DNA of 64,000 bases from Octopus vulgaris (taxonomy: Eukaryota), in contig OX597820.1 of assembly GCA_951406725.2 (NCBI GenBank), positions 35,898,001 through 35,962,000 on the forward strand. The letters run 5' to 3'. The notes under the pieces were generated by a model. It was not told the origin of the DNA and made no database searches. It saw only the letters and a list, made by a program, of their open reading frames with translations. Positions 39,682 through 52,384 of this stretch are shown piece after piece. How positions within the stretch are numbered: position 1 is the stretch's first letter; every line of letters begins with the position of its first letter. The position numbers and the translations under genes are program-made.

Positions 39682-39892
39682 AAGGCGGTGAGCTGGCAAA
39701 ATCGTTAGCACGCCGGGCGAAATGTTTAGCGGTATTTCGTCTATTGCTACGTTCTGAGTTCAAATTCTGCCGAGTTCGACTTTGCCTTTCGTCCTCTCGA
39801 GGTCGATAAATTAAGTACCAGTAACACACTGGTATCCGTGTAATCGACTCATCCTCTTCCACAAACATAACTACCCTTGTGACAATATTTGA

Positions 39893-39954
<62 letters not shown>

Positions 39955-40170
39955 AGGTGACGAGCTGACATAATCGTTAGCACGCCTGGCAAAATGCTTC
40001 GCAGCATTTCGTCTGTCTTTACGTTCTGAGTTCAAATTCCGCCGAGGTCGACTTTGCCTTTCATCCTTTTGGGTCGATAAATCAAGTACCGTTGCGTGCT
40101 GAGGTTGATGTAACCGACTGGCCCCCTCCCCACAAATTTCAGGCCTTGTACCTGAAAGTGGAAAGGATTA
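39682..40170 (+). mobile_element. Two SINE family B copies separated by (TAG)n
   Basis: Heads at about 39682 and 39953; the second copy ends in (ATT)n. Confidence 0.88.
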
Positions 40171-40320
40171 TTATTATTATTATTATTTTCATCAGATAAC
40201 AACTTATCAATTATAGCCATTTCTGAGAGAGAGAGAGGAGGGAAGAGGGGATAAATCTAATCTAGCATTTGACAGATACTTTATTTATTGACCCTGAGAG
40301 AATATATATATATATACATA

Positions 40321-41030
40321 CAGTGATCCCTCGCTACTTCGCGGTTCAACTATCGCGGATTCACGACTTCGCGGATTTTTAAAATATATATGTGTGAATA
40401 TAAAGTTAATCCAAACAAGAAAGCACAAAAAAACATAACAACGCGAGGACGTGGAACAAATGTAGTATTATTAGACGCTCAGGAAAGAAGGAAAGAAGGA
40501 TGGTTTAACGTTTCGAGCGGAGCTCTTCGTCGGAAACATAAGAGAAGGAAAGATCCAGAGAAGGGAAGACAGAGGAAAAAAATTGCCAACGGTACACACG
40601 CGGTCACATTTTGAATACGTAAAAATACATGTAAATAAAACTCATGTGGGATGCGTATGGAAGGAAGTGTGATAAAAAGAGAACTGATGAAAAATTTTTG
40701 TACTAAAATTAAGAGCGGTTAAGAGTTTCAATTAAAAGATCCATAGAGTCGATGTATTTTTTTTTTATATATAAATAGTATATAAGGTATATAATACAGT
40801 TCGAGGAAGTCCACTTTTCACGGCCAGTATATAAGGTATTAAATACTTTATATGCCATTTATATATTTAAAAAAAAACACATCGATCTCTATGGATCTTT
40901 TAATTGGAACTCTTAAACGCTCTTAATTTTAGTACAAAAAAAAAAATTTATCAGTTCTGTTTTTCTGACACTTCCTTTCATAAGTATCCCATATGGGTTT
41001 TATTTACAGGAATTTTTATGTATATTTATA
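40321..41030. mobile_element. pogo/Tigger-like TIR plus fold-back MITE body, interrupted by a Penelope-like end (40405-40615, minus strand)
   Basis: TA then CAGTGATCCCTCGCTACTTCGCGG; about 180-bp imperfect inverted arms at 40620-40798 / 40836-41020. Confidence 0.6.
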
Positions 41031-41427
41031 TTTATATTTCATAAATATTTTTTTTAATATTCATATATGTCGATATGTATTAATATATGTATGCGCATTT
41101 TAAGTCGAATTTATAACTGTATGAGTATGAATGCCTAATCTGAGTATAGTAGATAGTACTTTTCACAAATCGAAGTATTTAACAAATTACATTTATATTT
41201 ATAGTTTTTTGGAGCATGCAATATATATTGGGATAAGGAGTCGTGGTAAGTTAGATGAAAAGATAAATAAAAATAAATAAATAAATAAAAAATAAAAAAA
41301 AAATAATAAAATAAAATAAAAATAAAAATAAAAAAATTAAAAAAAAAAAAATATTATAAATATATATATATATATATATATATAGGTAAATATTCTCATA
41401 TATACACATATGTATAGTATCTACACA

Positions 41428-41463
<36 letters not shown>

Positions 41464-41792
41464 CATATATATACACGATATACATACATATCTACATACA
41501 CATAATACAGCCACATATACAAATTTATATATGAAATACCTTCTACATACACACGTATATATGCATAAATGCATATAACACATGTTATATCACAACACAT
41601 ACATATATACACAGAAAAATATATATTCATACACACATATCACAAAACAATGTCTATATACACATATACACTATATACATACACATACACATACACAAAA
41701 AAAAAAAAAACACCAACAATATACACATGTGTGACATATACATATACACATAATACAATCATGTGTTATAATACCTACACACACACACATAC

Positions 41793-41831
<39 letters not shown>

Positions 41832-42172
41832 CACATTCTATATTTTTTATCTATTATTACTTTGATCTTGACGCTGCAAGCTGGCAAATCAAGTAATAAA
41901 TGTAAATAAAATATAATTATTTATATATATATATATATATATTTCTGATAGTACGCATTCAGAAATCTTAGAGTAATTTCTCTATATATATAATTTCTAT
42001 ATAATAAATAATACTCTGCTATGATTAGTATACTTACTGGTTACGAATCACGGACCTAATATATATATATATATGTATGTGTGTGTATGTGTAGGTATGT
42101 ATAGGTACACATGTATGTTGTGTATGTATGTGTGTATATGTATGTATGTGACACATGTGTATATATGTATGC

Positions 42173-42211
<39 letters not shown>

Positions 42212-42812
42212 CATATGTAGGGTGTATGTATATATATGTAAATATTGTATATGGGATAGGGTTGTGTGTGCATGAGTGTATGTGGATGAATATATATTTT
42301 TCTGTGTATATATGTATGTGTGTCGTGGGTATATATATATGTGTGTATGTGATGCATGGGTGGTGTATGCATATATACGTGTGTGTAGTGTGGGTATTTG
42401 CATTGCATGTGTATAAATTTTATATGTGGGGGTGTATGTATGTGTATGTAGATATGTATGTATATGTGTTATGTATATGTGTTTTTTTTTTTTTTTTTGT
42501 GTATATATATGTGTGTAGATACTATACATAGTGTATGGTATAGTGAGCCATACCTATTCTCCCCCTTTTTATATATATATTTTTATATATATATTTTATA
42601 TATATTTTTATTTTTTATTATTTTTTTTTTTTTTTATTTTTTTTTTATTATTTTATTTTTTTTTTATTTATCTATTCTTTCATCAACTATGACTCTTCTT
42701 TTTAGTGCTAATGTATAATGCTACATTCTAAATAGCTTCTAGAATTTACCTCTATTAATAAATTAATTTTACTCTTATATTATACTTATTACTGTGGTTA
42801 ACCCATCACCGG

Positions 42813-42866
<54 letters not shown>

Positions 42867-43059
42867 CATACTTATATATATATATATATATACATACATA
42901 CTTATATATATATACATACATACATATATACACATATATATATACACATACACTCACACACCCACATACACAGAGTCGCATTTCTCTGTTCGTATTTACG
43001 TATGTTTGAAGGCAATCAGACCAAATTTTCATCATTTCGAGCTACTAACCCAATGAGTA

Positions 43060-43185
43060 TTTCTACCAAATTTACTGAAAATCCGTTCGGCCATTTTCCA
43101 GAAAATCCGTTCAGCCGTTTCCACAGACAATCAGACAAAGACTAGAAATTACACTCTGCTTTCACTTCCGCGCGCAGGGTAAAAA
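43060..43185 (+). mobile_element. Helentron-associated (HINE/DINE-1-like) 3' remnant
   Basis: accaaatttactgaaaatccgttc...acagac motif and terminal hairpin ACTCTGC..GCAGGGT followed by an A-run. Confidence 0.45.
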
Positions 43186-43340
43186 AGAGGGAAAGAATTT
43201 ATTCAAATTTCAACACAAGCTATAAGAGGGAGAATACAGCTACAAAGACCCCTAAAATTAAAAACACTACGATAAAAATATTTTTCTTGTTAATTGTTAA
43301 TTCAACATTGGAAAGGATTGAAATAAAAACAATGTAGAAG

Positions 43341-43405
43341 GGCGCAGGAATGGTTGTGTGGTAAGTAGCTTGCTACCAACCACATACTGAAAGAAACCCG
43401 TCGTA

Positions 43406-43476
<71 letters not shown>

Positions 43477-43710
43477 ATGTATATGTATGTGTATGTATTT
43501 GTGCGTCTGTGTTTGTCCCCCAACATCGCTTGACAGCCGATGCTGGTGTGTTTACGTCCCCGTAACTTAGCGGTTCGGCAAAAGAGACCTGTAGAATAAG
43601 TACTAGGCTTACAAAGAATTAGTCGTGGGGTCGATTTGCTCGACTAAAGACGGTGCTCCAGCATGCCCGCAGTCAAATGACTGAAACAAGTAAAAGAGTA
43701 AAAGAGTAAA
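43341..43710 (+). mobile_element. SINE family A (internal deletion in head)
   Basis: Family A head start, expanded (TA)n, complete tail. Confidence 0.88.
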
Positions 43711-45571
43711 ATGAAAGAATTTATCTGAAAACCCAATATAAAACAAATTATTTTGGACCTTGACTCGTCATCTGGTATGCTTCCGCTCATTGAAAACATT
43801 ATGACCTATACGTTCTTTAATTCTGAAAAAAATTTCCGACATCCTCCAAACAGCTAATGTCTTTTTATATAGCGCATCCTGCTTTCTACTCGTCACTCAG
43901 TTCAGAGATCACAACACCCCACAAATAGGATGCTACCACCAAGGTTAAGAACCTCTGATATGGAGAGTCAGACGACAACGACGATAATGGTAATGATGGA
44001 CGTGACCATGATCATGATGATGAAAATGATGTATAATAATGATGTATAATAATCGTGGTAATGGTGGTGGTGGTGGTGGTGGTGGAGGAAATGATGATGA
44101 TGATGATGATGATGACAACGACGGTGGTGGTGGCAGTGACTATTACGATGTTCTGTTTGTGTCAGTGTGTAAAACCAATAATTATTTTTCAAGTGCTAGT
44201 TACTGCAATTGTCATTGACGACAACCCTGAACTTAAGCCAACCAAGGCAGCCATGACATGTTCCATACAAACAAAATTGATTTATTTTATTCCAGTTTAC
44301 TTGTTTTAGTGGTTTTTTTATATATTTATCTATTTATTTAATTTAGTCGTTTATTTGTTTGCTTGTTGGAAGCTTTCCAATCTATTTAATACAGATCAAA
44401 AGAAATACAGAACTTTGTTAAGCTGACAGCCTCTCTAGTACAATTAAAGTTCACGACTGTTAATTAGCTTAACTTCCTAACAGTCACCCCAACGTAACAA
44501 TACAACAATAAATAAGAAAATATATAAATATTCAACGTAAAGAAAAGAAGACAACAAAATATCAGCTATCGTCTGCCTTTGGAAATGTGCCGTCAGTTTG
44601 AGGTGGGAAAGGCAGTGGTTTTCCAGCATTGTACTGAATGTATATATATTTTTAAAATTGTTATTTCCATTGATGTTACTTGCTTTGTACTCGTTGTCAA
44701 AATGATGAGTTTTTTTGTGTTTTTTTTTTTTTGCCATTTCAAGTTTAAGTTCAAATTCATATTTCTGCGATGAATTTTGCTTACTTCTAACTTTTCTTTT
44801 CTTTCATTTCACCTACACAACCACCACTACAACCTAGTGTTAAGCTGTTTACATCATTCGGCGAACAATTATTTATTTTCTTTGGAAGGAAATGTCCAAG
44901 CTAGGAAGAAAATACTGGCATATATTAAACTTTTAAGGCCCAAGAAGGCCGAAATGTGCCTGTTGGGACAATGTTTACCTCGTTCTGATATATTCTGCGT
45001 TATTAAGACAGTTACGAAGAAGTGATTTTTCTCTAATGTAAAAACCACAGCATTGTACCTTTCATGATTGTTTGGTACACAGATAGCCATTTTAACTTAA
45101 TGCTGTTTCAGTTGCATTCACCGGGTTTTATTCAGCACAACAATCTTTCTGTAAAATTATTGAAAGTATTGTTCATTGTTCTCTTTACACTGGAGAGTAT
45201 AAATTTCGTCTAGGCATGTGACAACTGAGTACAAATCATTGACAAGACCCAAAATGGTCGAAACATGTCTGACGTTCTCATGAGTCAGTTACAACAGGGA
45301 CCATGGTCGCCTCGCTCTGATAAATATTGCTTTTCATACATGCCTATGAGGAGATTTTCTTTTAGACAAAAACCATAGCATCACACCTTTCAATAGTGCA
45401 TATACATTTAATATGAAACGCAGATGGAGATTATAATTTTGATATAACTTTGAAATTTTTACGATTTTATTAATCTTGTGAAAGGCCATTAATCAGTTCT
45501 CTTGATGTGATAATATAGCGAGTAGTGTTCTGTCACAGACATCGTATCATATCGGTGACCAAGACTCAAAT

Positions 45572-46562
45572 CTAATCAAGGAGGTTGCAGTCTGGACAGT
45601 TAGGTGGCCAGATGTTAGGGGTGATGTGGTCGCAGAAATTGTCTGACAGCCATGACAGGGTTCTCCTGCTTGTGGGGCATGGTACAGAGTCCTGTTGCCA
45701 GACATAGAGTCCTCCAGCAGTCCTCTTCTTGACTCAGAGCAGCACTACCTCCTCTAGGCACTTAATGTAAGCCTCTATGTTGAATCTGCGGCTGCGTGGG
45801 AAGATGAATAGAGGCATAACATAGCCATCACCAGTGATCACTCCAAACACCATAATGTTGACTGGATGCTTGATCTTTATCATTCTCGGTACATGTTTTG
45901 GGGATACGGCAAGCCAACGGTTGTCCTGTATGTCCACCATCTGATCCTCGCAGAAATTTTTCTCGTCTAAGAAAAACCAAAGCATGTTCGGTCGGAGGGG
46001 ATGCTTAAGTTTGTTCAAAAGCTTCATAGCATAGTCTTTCCTCTTGTTCTTGATGGCTTGGGGTAAAAATTGGCACTTTCTCATCTTGTATGAGGAATTC
46101 CGAATGTCTTCATTCATCACCTGCTTCATAAAAAAAAAAACTTAAACACTCCCATGTAACTGGCGATGGACCTGATTGACTTGGAGGGATCATTGTCAAT
46201 CTGCCTGGACCTCACCAAGAAATTCAGGAGTTCTTTTCTTATCAGAACGATCTGAGTATGTTTTCCGAGCTACCGCACCTTCGTAATCACCATTAAACTC
46301 ATCAAAGTCTTTCCGAATCCTCTGCACTGTCCTCAGACTGACGCCGAAACACTCTGAAATATTCGTATTGGAGCTTCCAGCGCGAATGTCAAACAGTACA
46401 GCATGTCGTTTCCAAATTTCTGGCGGAGTGAATTGCGTCATGGTGCTGTTTTTCTCACAGACGGTACCCAACTGACCCTACTATACTGAGTAACTGACAA
46501 AATCAAAAACAATGTGCATGCACGAAATAAAAAATATAAAATAGCGACAATTTACCCATCGT
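45572..46562 (-). mobile_element. DD37D (maT) Tc1/mariner transposon remnant
   Basis: HTH-like N-terminus (GVSLRTVQRIRK), WFFLDEKNF, MVFGVI, and QQD followed 37 residues later by D (…WPPNCPDCNLLD); frameshifted, one TIR-like end near 46540-46562. Confidence 0.88.
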
Positions 46563-46594
46563 ATGTATGTGTGTGTGTATATATATATATAATA

Positions 46595-46683
<89 letters not shown>

Positions 46684-46698
46684 ATATATGTGTGTGTG

Positions 46699-46754
<56 letters not shown>

Positions 46755-46828
46755 CATATATATATATATATGCATATACGTATATATACATATATATATA
46801 TATTAATTAATATGAATATATATATCTA

Positions 46829-46874
<46 letters not shown>

Positions 46875-47133
46875 TATATTCATGCATACATATATACATA
46901 CATGCATATTTACATATATGATTTTATCAGTTATAAAATATATTTCTGTATGCATCAATGTATATATGCACCGTCCCTATCATCGTATTTACGTTTGCTT
47001 TTGCAATGCTGTTATGGGTTCGATGAGCCTTGAGACATTATTCTACATATTCTCTCTTTCCCCTCCCTTTTCGCATTCTCTCATTTTCTCTCTTCTCCCC
47101 ATCTATCTCTCTCTCCCTCTCTGTTTCTCTCTA

Positions 47134-47192
<59 letters not shown>

Positions 47193-47572
47193 ATTCTAGT
47201 TTATAAATCTCTCACACTTTCGCATTCCCTAACATGTAAACTATTGTTAACGTCTGTTCGGTCAACTGAGTGAAAATGCCATACGCAAATGTTATAGTGT
47301 AAAGAAAAAAGAATATTTGTTTATCAAGCTATGCACAACTTAACAGCCACTCTAACCTTATTAATTCTTTCAACTAGTTACGTAAATTAATATTCTCAAG
47401 CAGAAATAACCTTCAGAATCAGGAGGCTTTAAAAAAATAAGAAGGAAAAAAAAAGTAGGAGAGTAATTTTTCTCTTTCTCCGAATTCTAAACATTCCGAT
47501 AGGAGGTCAATGGAAAACAATTAAATAAATAAATAAACAACGACAACAACATCAACAGCAACAAAATAAGTA

Positions 47573-47630
<58 letters not shown>

Positions 47631-47693
47631 GACAACAACAACAACAACAACAATAATAATAATAATAATAATAATAGCAATAATAATAATAAA

Positions 47694-48249
47694 TGCCCTG
47701 ATGCAGTACCAGGCAGTGGCTCTCATGGCTTCTGATCTTAACTGATTGGAAGTGTTATCATGTACATTGGTTTGTCTTGGTATAAAAGATGGGCTACAGC
47801 AAATATTATGCCCAATACTACAGATTTGCTTGTCAGTTGTTTGACCATAACCAGTTGAGCATGTCCCTTAGTGGCTGACGATATGTGCATCTCTGATCAC
47901 GAGCAGAAGTAGTGGGGGAGCATCATAGCCATGTGTTGAGAGGGATTCTTTGGGGTTTGAATAGTTCACCTCAGGAAACATCGGTGATTCTTTCAACATC
48001 CTTAAACAACCCTTATTCAGGGACCGTTTGAGCGGGATGGGCTACTCAACCTGAAGAAAATTCTAACTGGGCCCCACCTGCAAGGTCATGCGCTGTTTAT
48101 CTTGATATGAGATCACCATGTCGCGCACATATGGTTGTGATGCATGTGCCCGGTGTACCCTTATCAGACGGGTAGTCATGATGGGTATATTGGGCTTCGT
48201 ATATTTTACCCCAGTGTCACTTTGATGGCATGCACTGCTCTCTCACTCA
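47694..48249 (+). mobile_element. 556-bp TAA-embedded non-coding element, copy 2
   Basis: Same ends and length as copies 1 and 3. Confidence 0.9.
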
Positions 48250-48269
48250 ATAATAATAATAATAATGAT

Positions 48270-48707
48270 AGTTTCAGATATTGGCACAAGGCCAGCAATT
48301 TCTGAGACGGGGTATGTCGATTAAATCAACCCCAGAGCTCAACTGGTACTTAATTTATCGACCTCGAAAGGAATGAAAGGCGAAGTCGATCTCGGCGGAG
48401 TTTTCACTCAGAACATAAGGGCAAACGAAATGCCACTAAGTAGTTTGCCTGGCGTGAGAACGATTCTTCTAACTCACCGCCTTAATTGTAATAATCTTTT
48501 CTACTAACGACACAAAGTCTGAAAATTTTGGGGAGGAGACTAGACGATTACATCGACCCCAGTGTTTTACAGGTACTTAAATTATCGACCCCAAAAGGGT
48601 GAAAGGCAAAGTCGACCTCGGTGGAATATGAACTTAGATCGTGCAGACGGACGAACTGCTGCTAAGTATTTTGCCCACCGTGCTAACGATTCTGTCAGCT
48701 CACCGCC

Positions 48708-48774
<67 letters not shown>

Positions 48775-49166
48775 TAATAATAACAATAACAATAATACAG
48801 CATTATCGCTGTGAAAACAACATCCATTCATGAATTTATTATTATTTTTTTTAATACATATTTTACCTATAAATTTGCATGTGTAATCTGGGAATACATA
48901 CAATGAGCTTCTCTGCCCTAGGTGTACGGAAAATACTCGGCGAGAAATGGAACAAAATTTGAAGAAAGAAGGGGAAAAAACAATAATAATAAAGGATTTC
49001 AAATTTTGGCACAAGGCCAGCAAGTTCGGGAGGGGAGGCTAGTCGATTACATCGACCCCAGTGCTCAACTGGTACTTATTTAATCTATCCCGAAAAGATA
49101 ACTTCAGCGGAATTTGAAGTCAGAACGTAAAACTGGCATGCTAACGATTCTGTCAACTCGCCACCT

Positions 49167-49167
<1 letters not shown>
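48270..49167 (-). mobile_element. Three SINE family B copies (48270-48484, 48493-48709, 48995-49167)
   Basis: All on the minus strand, interleaved with (TAA)n. Confidence 0.88.
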
Positions 49168-49235
<68 letters not shown>

Positions 49236-49791
49236 TGCCCTGATGCAGTACCAGGCAGTGGCTCTCATGGCTTCTGATCTTAACTGATTGGAAGTGTTAT
49301 CATGTACATTGTTTTGTCTTGGTATAAAAGATGGGCTACAGCAAATATTCTGCTCAATACCACAGATTTGCTTGTCAGTTGTTTGACCTTAACCAGTTGA
49401 GCATGTCCCTTAGTGGCTGACGATATGTGCATCTCTGATCACGAGCAGAAGTAGTGGGGGAGCATCATAGCCATGTGTTGAGAGGGATTCTTTGGGGTTT
49501 GAATAGTTCACCTCTGGAAACATGGGTGGTTCTTTCAACATCCTTAAACAACCCTTATTCAGGGACCGTTTGAGCGGGATGGGTTACTCGATCTGAAGAA
49601 AATTCTAACTGGGCTCCACCTGCAAGGTCATGTGCTGTTTATCTTGATAAGAGATCACCATGTCGCGCACATATGGTTGTGATGCATGTGCCTGGTGTAC
49701 CCTTATCAGACGGGTAGTCATGATGGGTATACTGGGCTTCGTATATTTTACCCCAGTGTCACTTTGATGGCATGCTCTGCTCGCTCACTCA
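49236..49791 (+). mobile_element. 556-bp TAA-embedded non-coding element, copy 3
   Basis: Same ends and length as copies 1 and 2. Confidence 0.9.
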
Positions 49792-49814
49792 ATAATAATA
49801 ATAATAATAATAAT

Positions 49815-50167
49815 AATCCTTTCTACTATAGGCATGAGGCCTGAAATTTGGCGGGGAGGGGGCTAGTCGATTACATCAATCTCAGTACTCAACTGGTACT
49901 TAATTTATCGATCCCGAAAAGTTGAAAGGCAAAGTTGACCTCGGCAGAAGTTGGACTTAGATTGTAAAGACGGACGAAAAGCCGCTAAACATTTTGCCAG
50001 CTCGCCGCTTCAATAATAATCCTTTCTACTATAGACACAAGGCCTGAAAATTTGGGCGGGGGGCAGTCGATCAGATCAACCTCAGTACACAACTGGTACT
50101 TAATTTATCGACCCCGAAAGGATAAAAGGCAAAGTCGACAACGGCGGAATTTGAACTCAGAACGTAG
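49815..50167 (-). mobile_element. Two SINE family B copies, tail type 2
   Basis: aataatcctttctactatag tails at about 49812 and 50014. Confidence 0.88.
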
Positions 50168-50170
50168 CAT

Positions 50171-50506
50171 GCCCAGCTGACAAGAAGGTATGCGATAAGG
50201 AAGAAAGAAAAGTTGAGAGATATGACAGGTTAGCTTGGGAGGTTAAGCAGTTGAGGTCGATGAAAAAGGTAGCAGTAGTACCAATAATTGTCGGAGCCCT
50301 GGGAACAGTGAGCAAAAATCTCGAGAATTACGTGGAACAAATAGAGGCTGCAATAAGGGTGGAGCATTTGCAGAAAACAGCACTGCTCGGAACCGCTCGA
50401 ATACTTCGGAAGGTGCTCGAAAACTAAGAGGTGTTACCTTAGTTCACTGGTAGTGAACAGCTGACACCGTAGTACACCTCCAGCGTTAGGAGTTGTGCAA
50501 AGGCAA
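50171..50506 (+). mobile_element. 5'-truncated Dong-like family B 3' end
   Basis: Encodes KEERKVERYDRLAWEVKQL...PIIVGALGTV...LQKTALLGTARILRKVLEN*; the 3' UTR matches 30228-30310; followed by (AAC/AAT)n. Confidence 0.88.
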
Positions 50507-51150
50507 TGATAACAACAACAACAACAACAATTATAATGACAATAATAATAATAATAATTGTTTCTTTATTAACTACTGATGGTTTACAAAAAATGTCGAG
50601 GACGTTACAGAACGGCACAATTTGAAATTTCGTGAAAGAGCGTATAAAGTGAAAAATAACAGTAACAATAAAGATATTAACAATGAATAATTCCCCCACA
50701 TACACAAACCCAAAAAGATAAATCTTCTGAAGGTTGCACGGGGAAATCTCACTAACCACGATTACCTTGACCATTATGGCTTTTCTTCTGAGGTTTTTAT
50801 TCTTCAATTTACAGGCGCATGTTCAGAGTAGGGCATTTCATTCAGGCTATGCTTTCCACTCTCATCCACCTTTGACAAATTTGCTGAAAGCAGCACTTCC
50901 CTCTGCCCCTTCACTTTACTTTCAGCAGAAACTTGAAAAAGTTAATGAGAAGCTTGTCCAAAGAGGAAGGTGTCTGTCTTCACAACTTTCAATCTGGTCA
51001 TTTTGCTAAGGTCACCTGACAGATAAACAGCGAGACGATCTTCACAATCGACACAGCTGATCGCCGGATCCATATTCGACATAAACCCCAAGCTGCTTGA
51101 CATAAACCCACAAGTGAGCAATGCTTGGGCACTGAACAATTATTATTATA

Positions 51151-51211
<61 letters not shown>

Positions 51212-51218
51212 ATTATTA

Positions 51219-51290
<72 letters not shown>

Positions 51291-51291
<1 letters not shown>

Positions 51292-51453
51292 TATGTTTGA
51301 CTTTTGCTTTTTATTTGTACAAGTTGGCTCCAAGTCTTACCCAGAGACCTCAAGAGACAACAGGTTGGAAGTTCATGTTGTTGTTATGCCTAGTGTGCCA
51401 TATATCTTTTTTTTTTGGGGGGGGGGGTGTACTAATGAATGTCTAAAAAAAAA

Positions 51454-51455
<2 letters not shown>
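51291..51455 (-). mobile_element. 3' UTR-only copy of Dong family A within (ATT)n
   Basis: Near-identical to 26104-26265; (ATT)n on both sides. Confidence 0.92.
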
Positions 51456-51486
<31 letters not shown>

Positions 51487-52283
51487 CAAGGTGGCGAGCA
51501 GGCAGAATGGCATTGGTATATTTATAAAAATAACATTTTAGAGCCGGTGACGAAATACGAACTCATGAACCCTCCAGTTTGTGTTCTGACTCCGTATCAA
51601 AAAGATCACCCATGTTTGATTAATTCTCAGAAAATCCGCAGCTTCACAGATTACTGTCAATGCCACCAATCCACTAGATAATAATTCATTAAAAGTATTG
51701 ATTACTTTCATTAACACGATGTCTCAAATTTACGGTGAAGGTCACTGTGGGCTATAATCAACAATGGTACTTGTCTGCTATGATATTTTATCAACACCCG
51801 CTGAGATATAACACTGGAAAGTTGTCATCGGTGTGATTAGAACCCACAACGCAATGATCCGTAACACACTCCGAGGCTTTAAATTTTTTTCTACGCTCCA
51901 ATGATTCTCTCGATCCGCTGTTCAATGCTTCATTAAGAATATTAACATAAAAACTTGTTTTGATGCACGACGACAAACTTGAAAACACAAACAAACACAC
52001 TCACACACACACAAACAGATATACGGACAGAAAGACAGAGAAATAAATAAGCAGACAGACAGGCAGACAGAGAGTAATTGTTTGCAAACACAAACAATAT
52101 AATATACTAGCTAAGAGGACAGCTTAAGAGGAATCAGTCCAAGGACAGCCCTAGAATTACCTATAAATCAATGAAGTAGTTAGTGTACAACGCTGAGCAA
52201 TTAACGAAAAGGTTAAGATGTAATACCGTAGACACATGCACATACACGCACACATATGTATATATATATGTATATATATATAC

Positions 52284-52384
<101 letters not shown>

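Noticed and set aside
39252-39711. Poly-Asp/Gly or poly-His protein
   Set aside because: Pure (GAT)n/(GGT)n tract with no supporting gene structure
44870-45100. GIY-YIG endonuclease remnant upstream of the 45236 hammerhead
   Set aside because: Only a vague CLLGQCL similarity; no GIY/YIG motif could be read
49236-49310. HDV-like, twister or hammerhead ribozyme at the 5' end of the 556-bp element
   Set aside because: By-eye folding gave partial pairings but too short a P3/L3 and no catalytic C for HDV, no P4 stem for twister, and CTGATGC rather than CTGATGA; a canonical ribozyme is not supported
50660-51140. Possible exon in unique-looking sequence
   Set aside because: Short ORFs with no recognisable motif and no convincing splice pair
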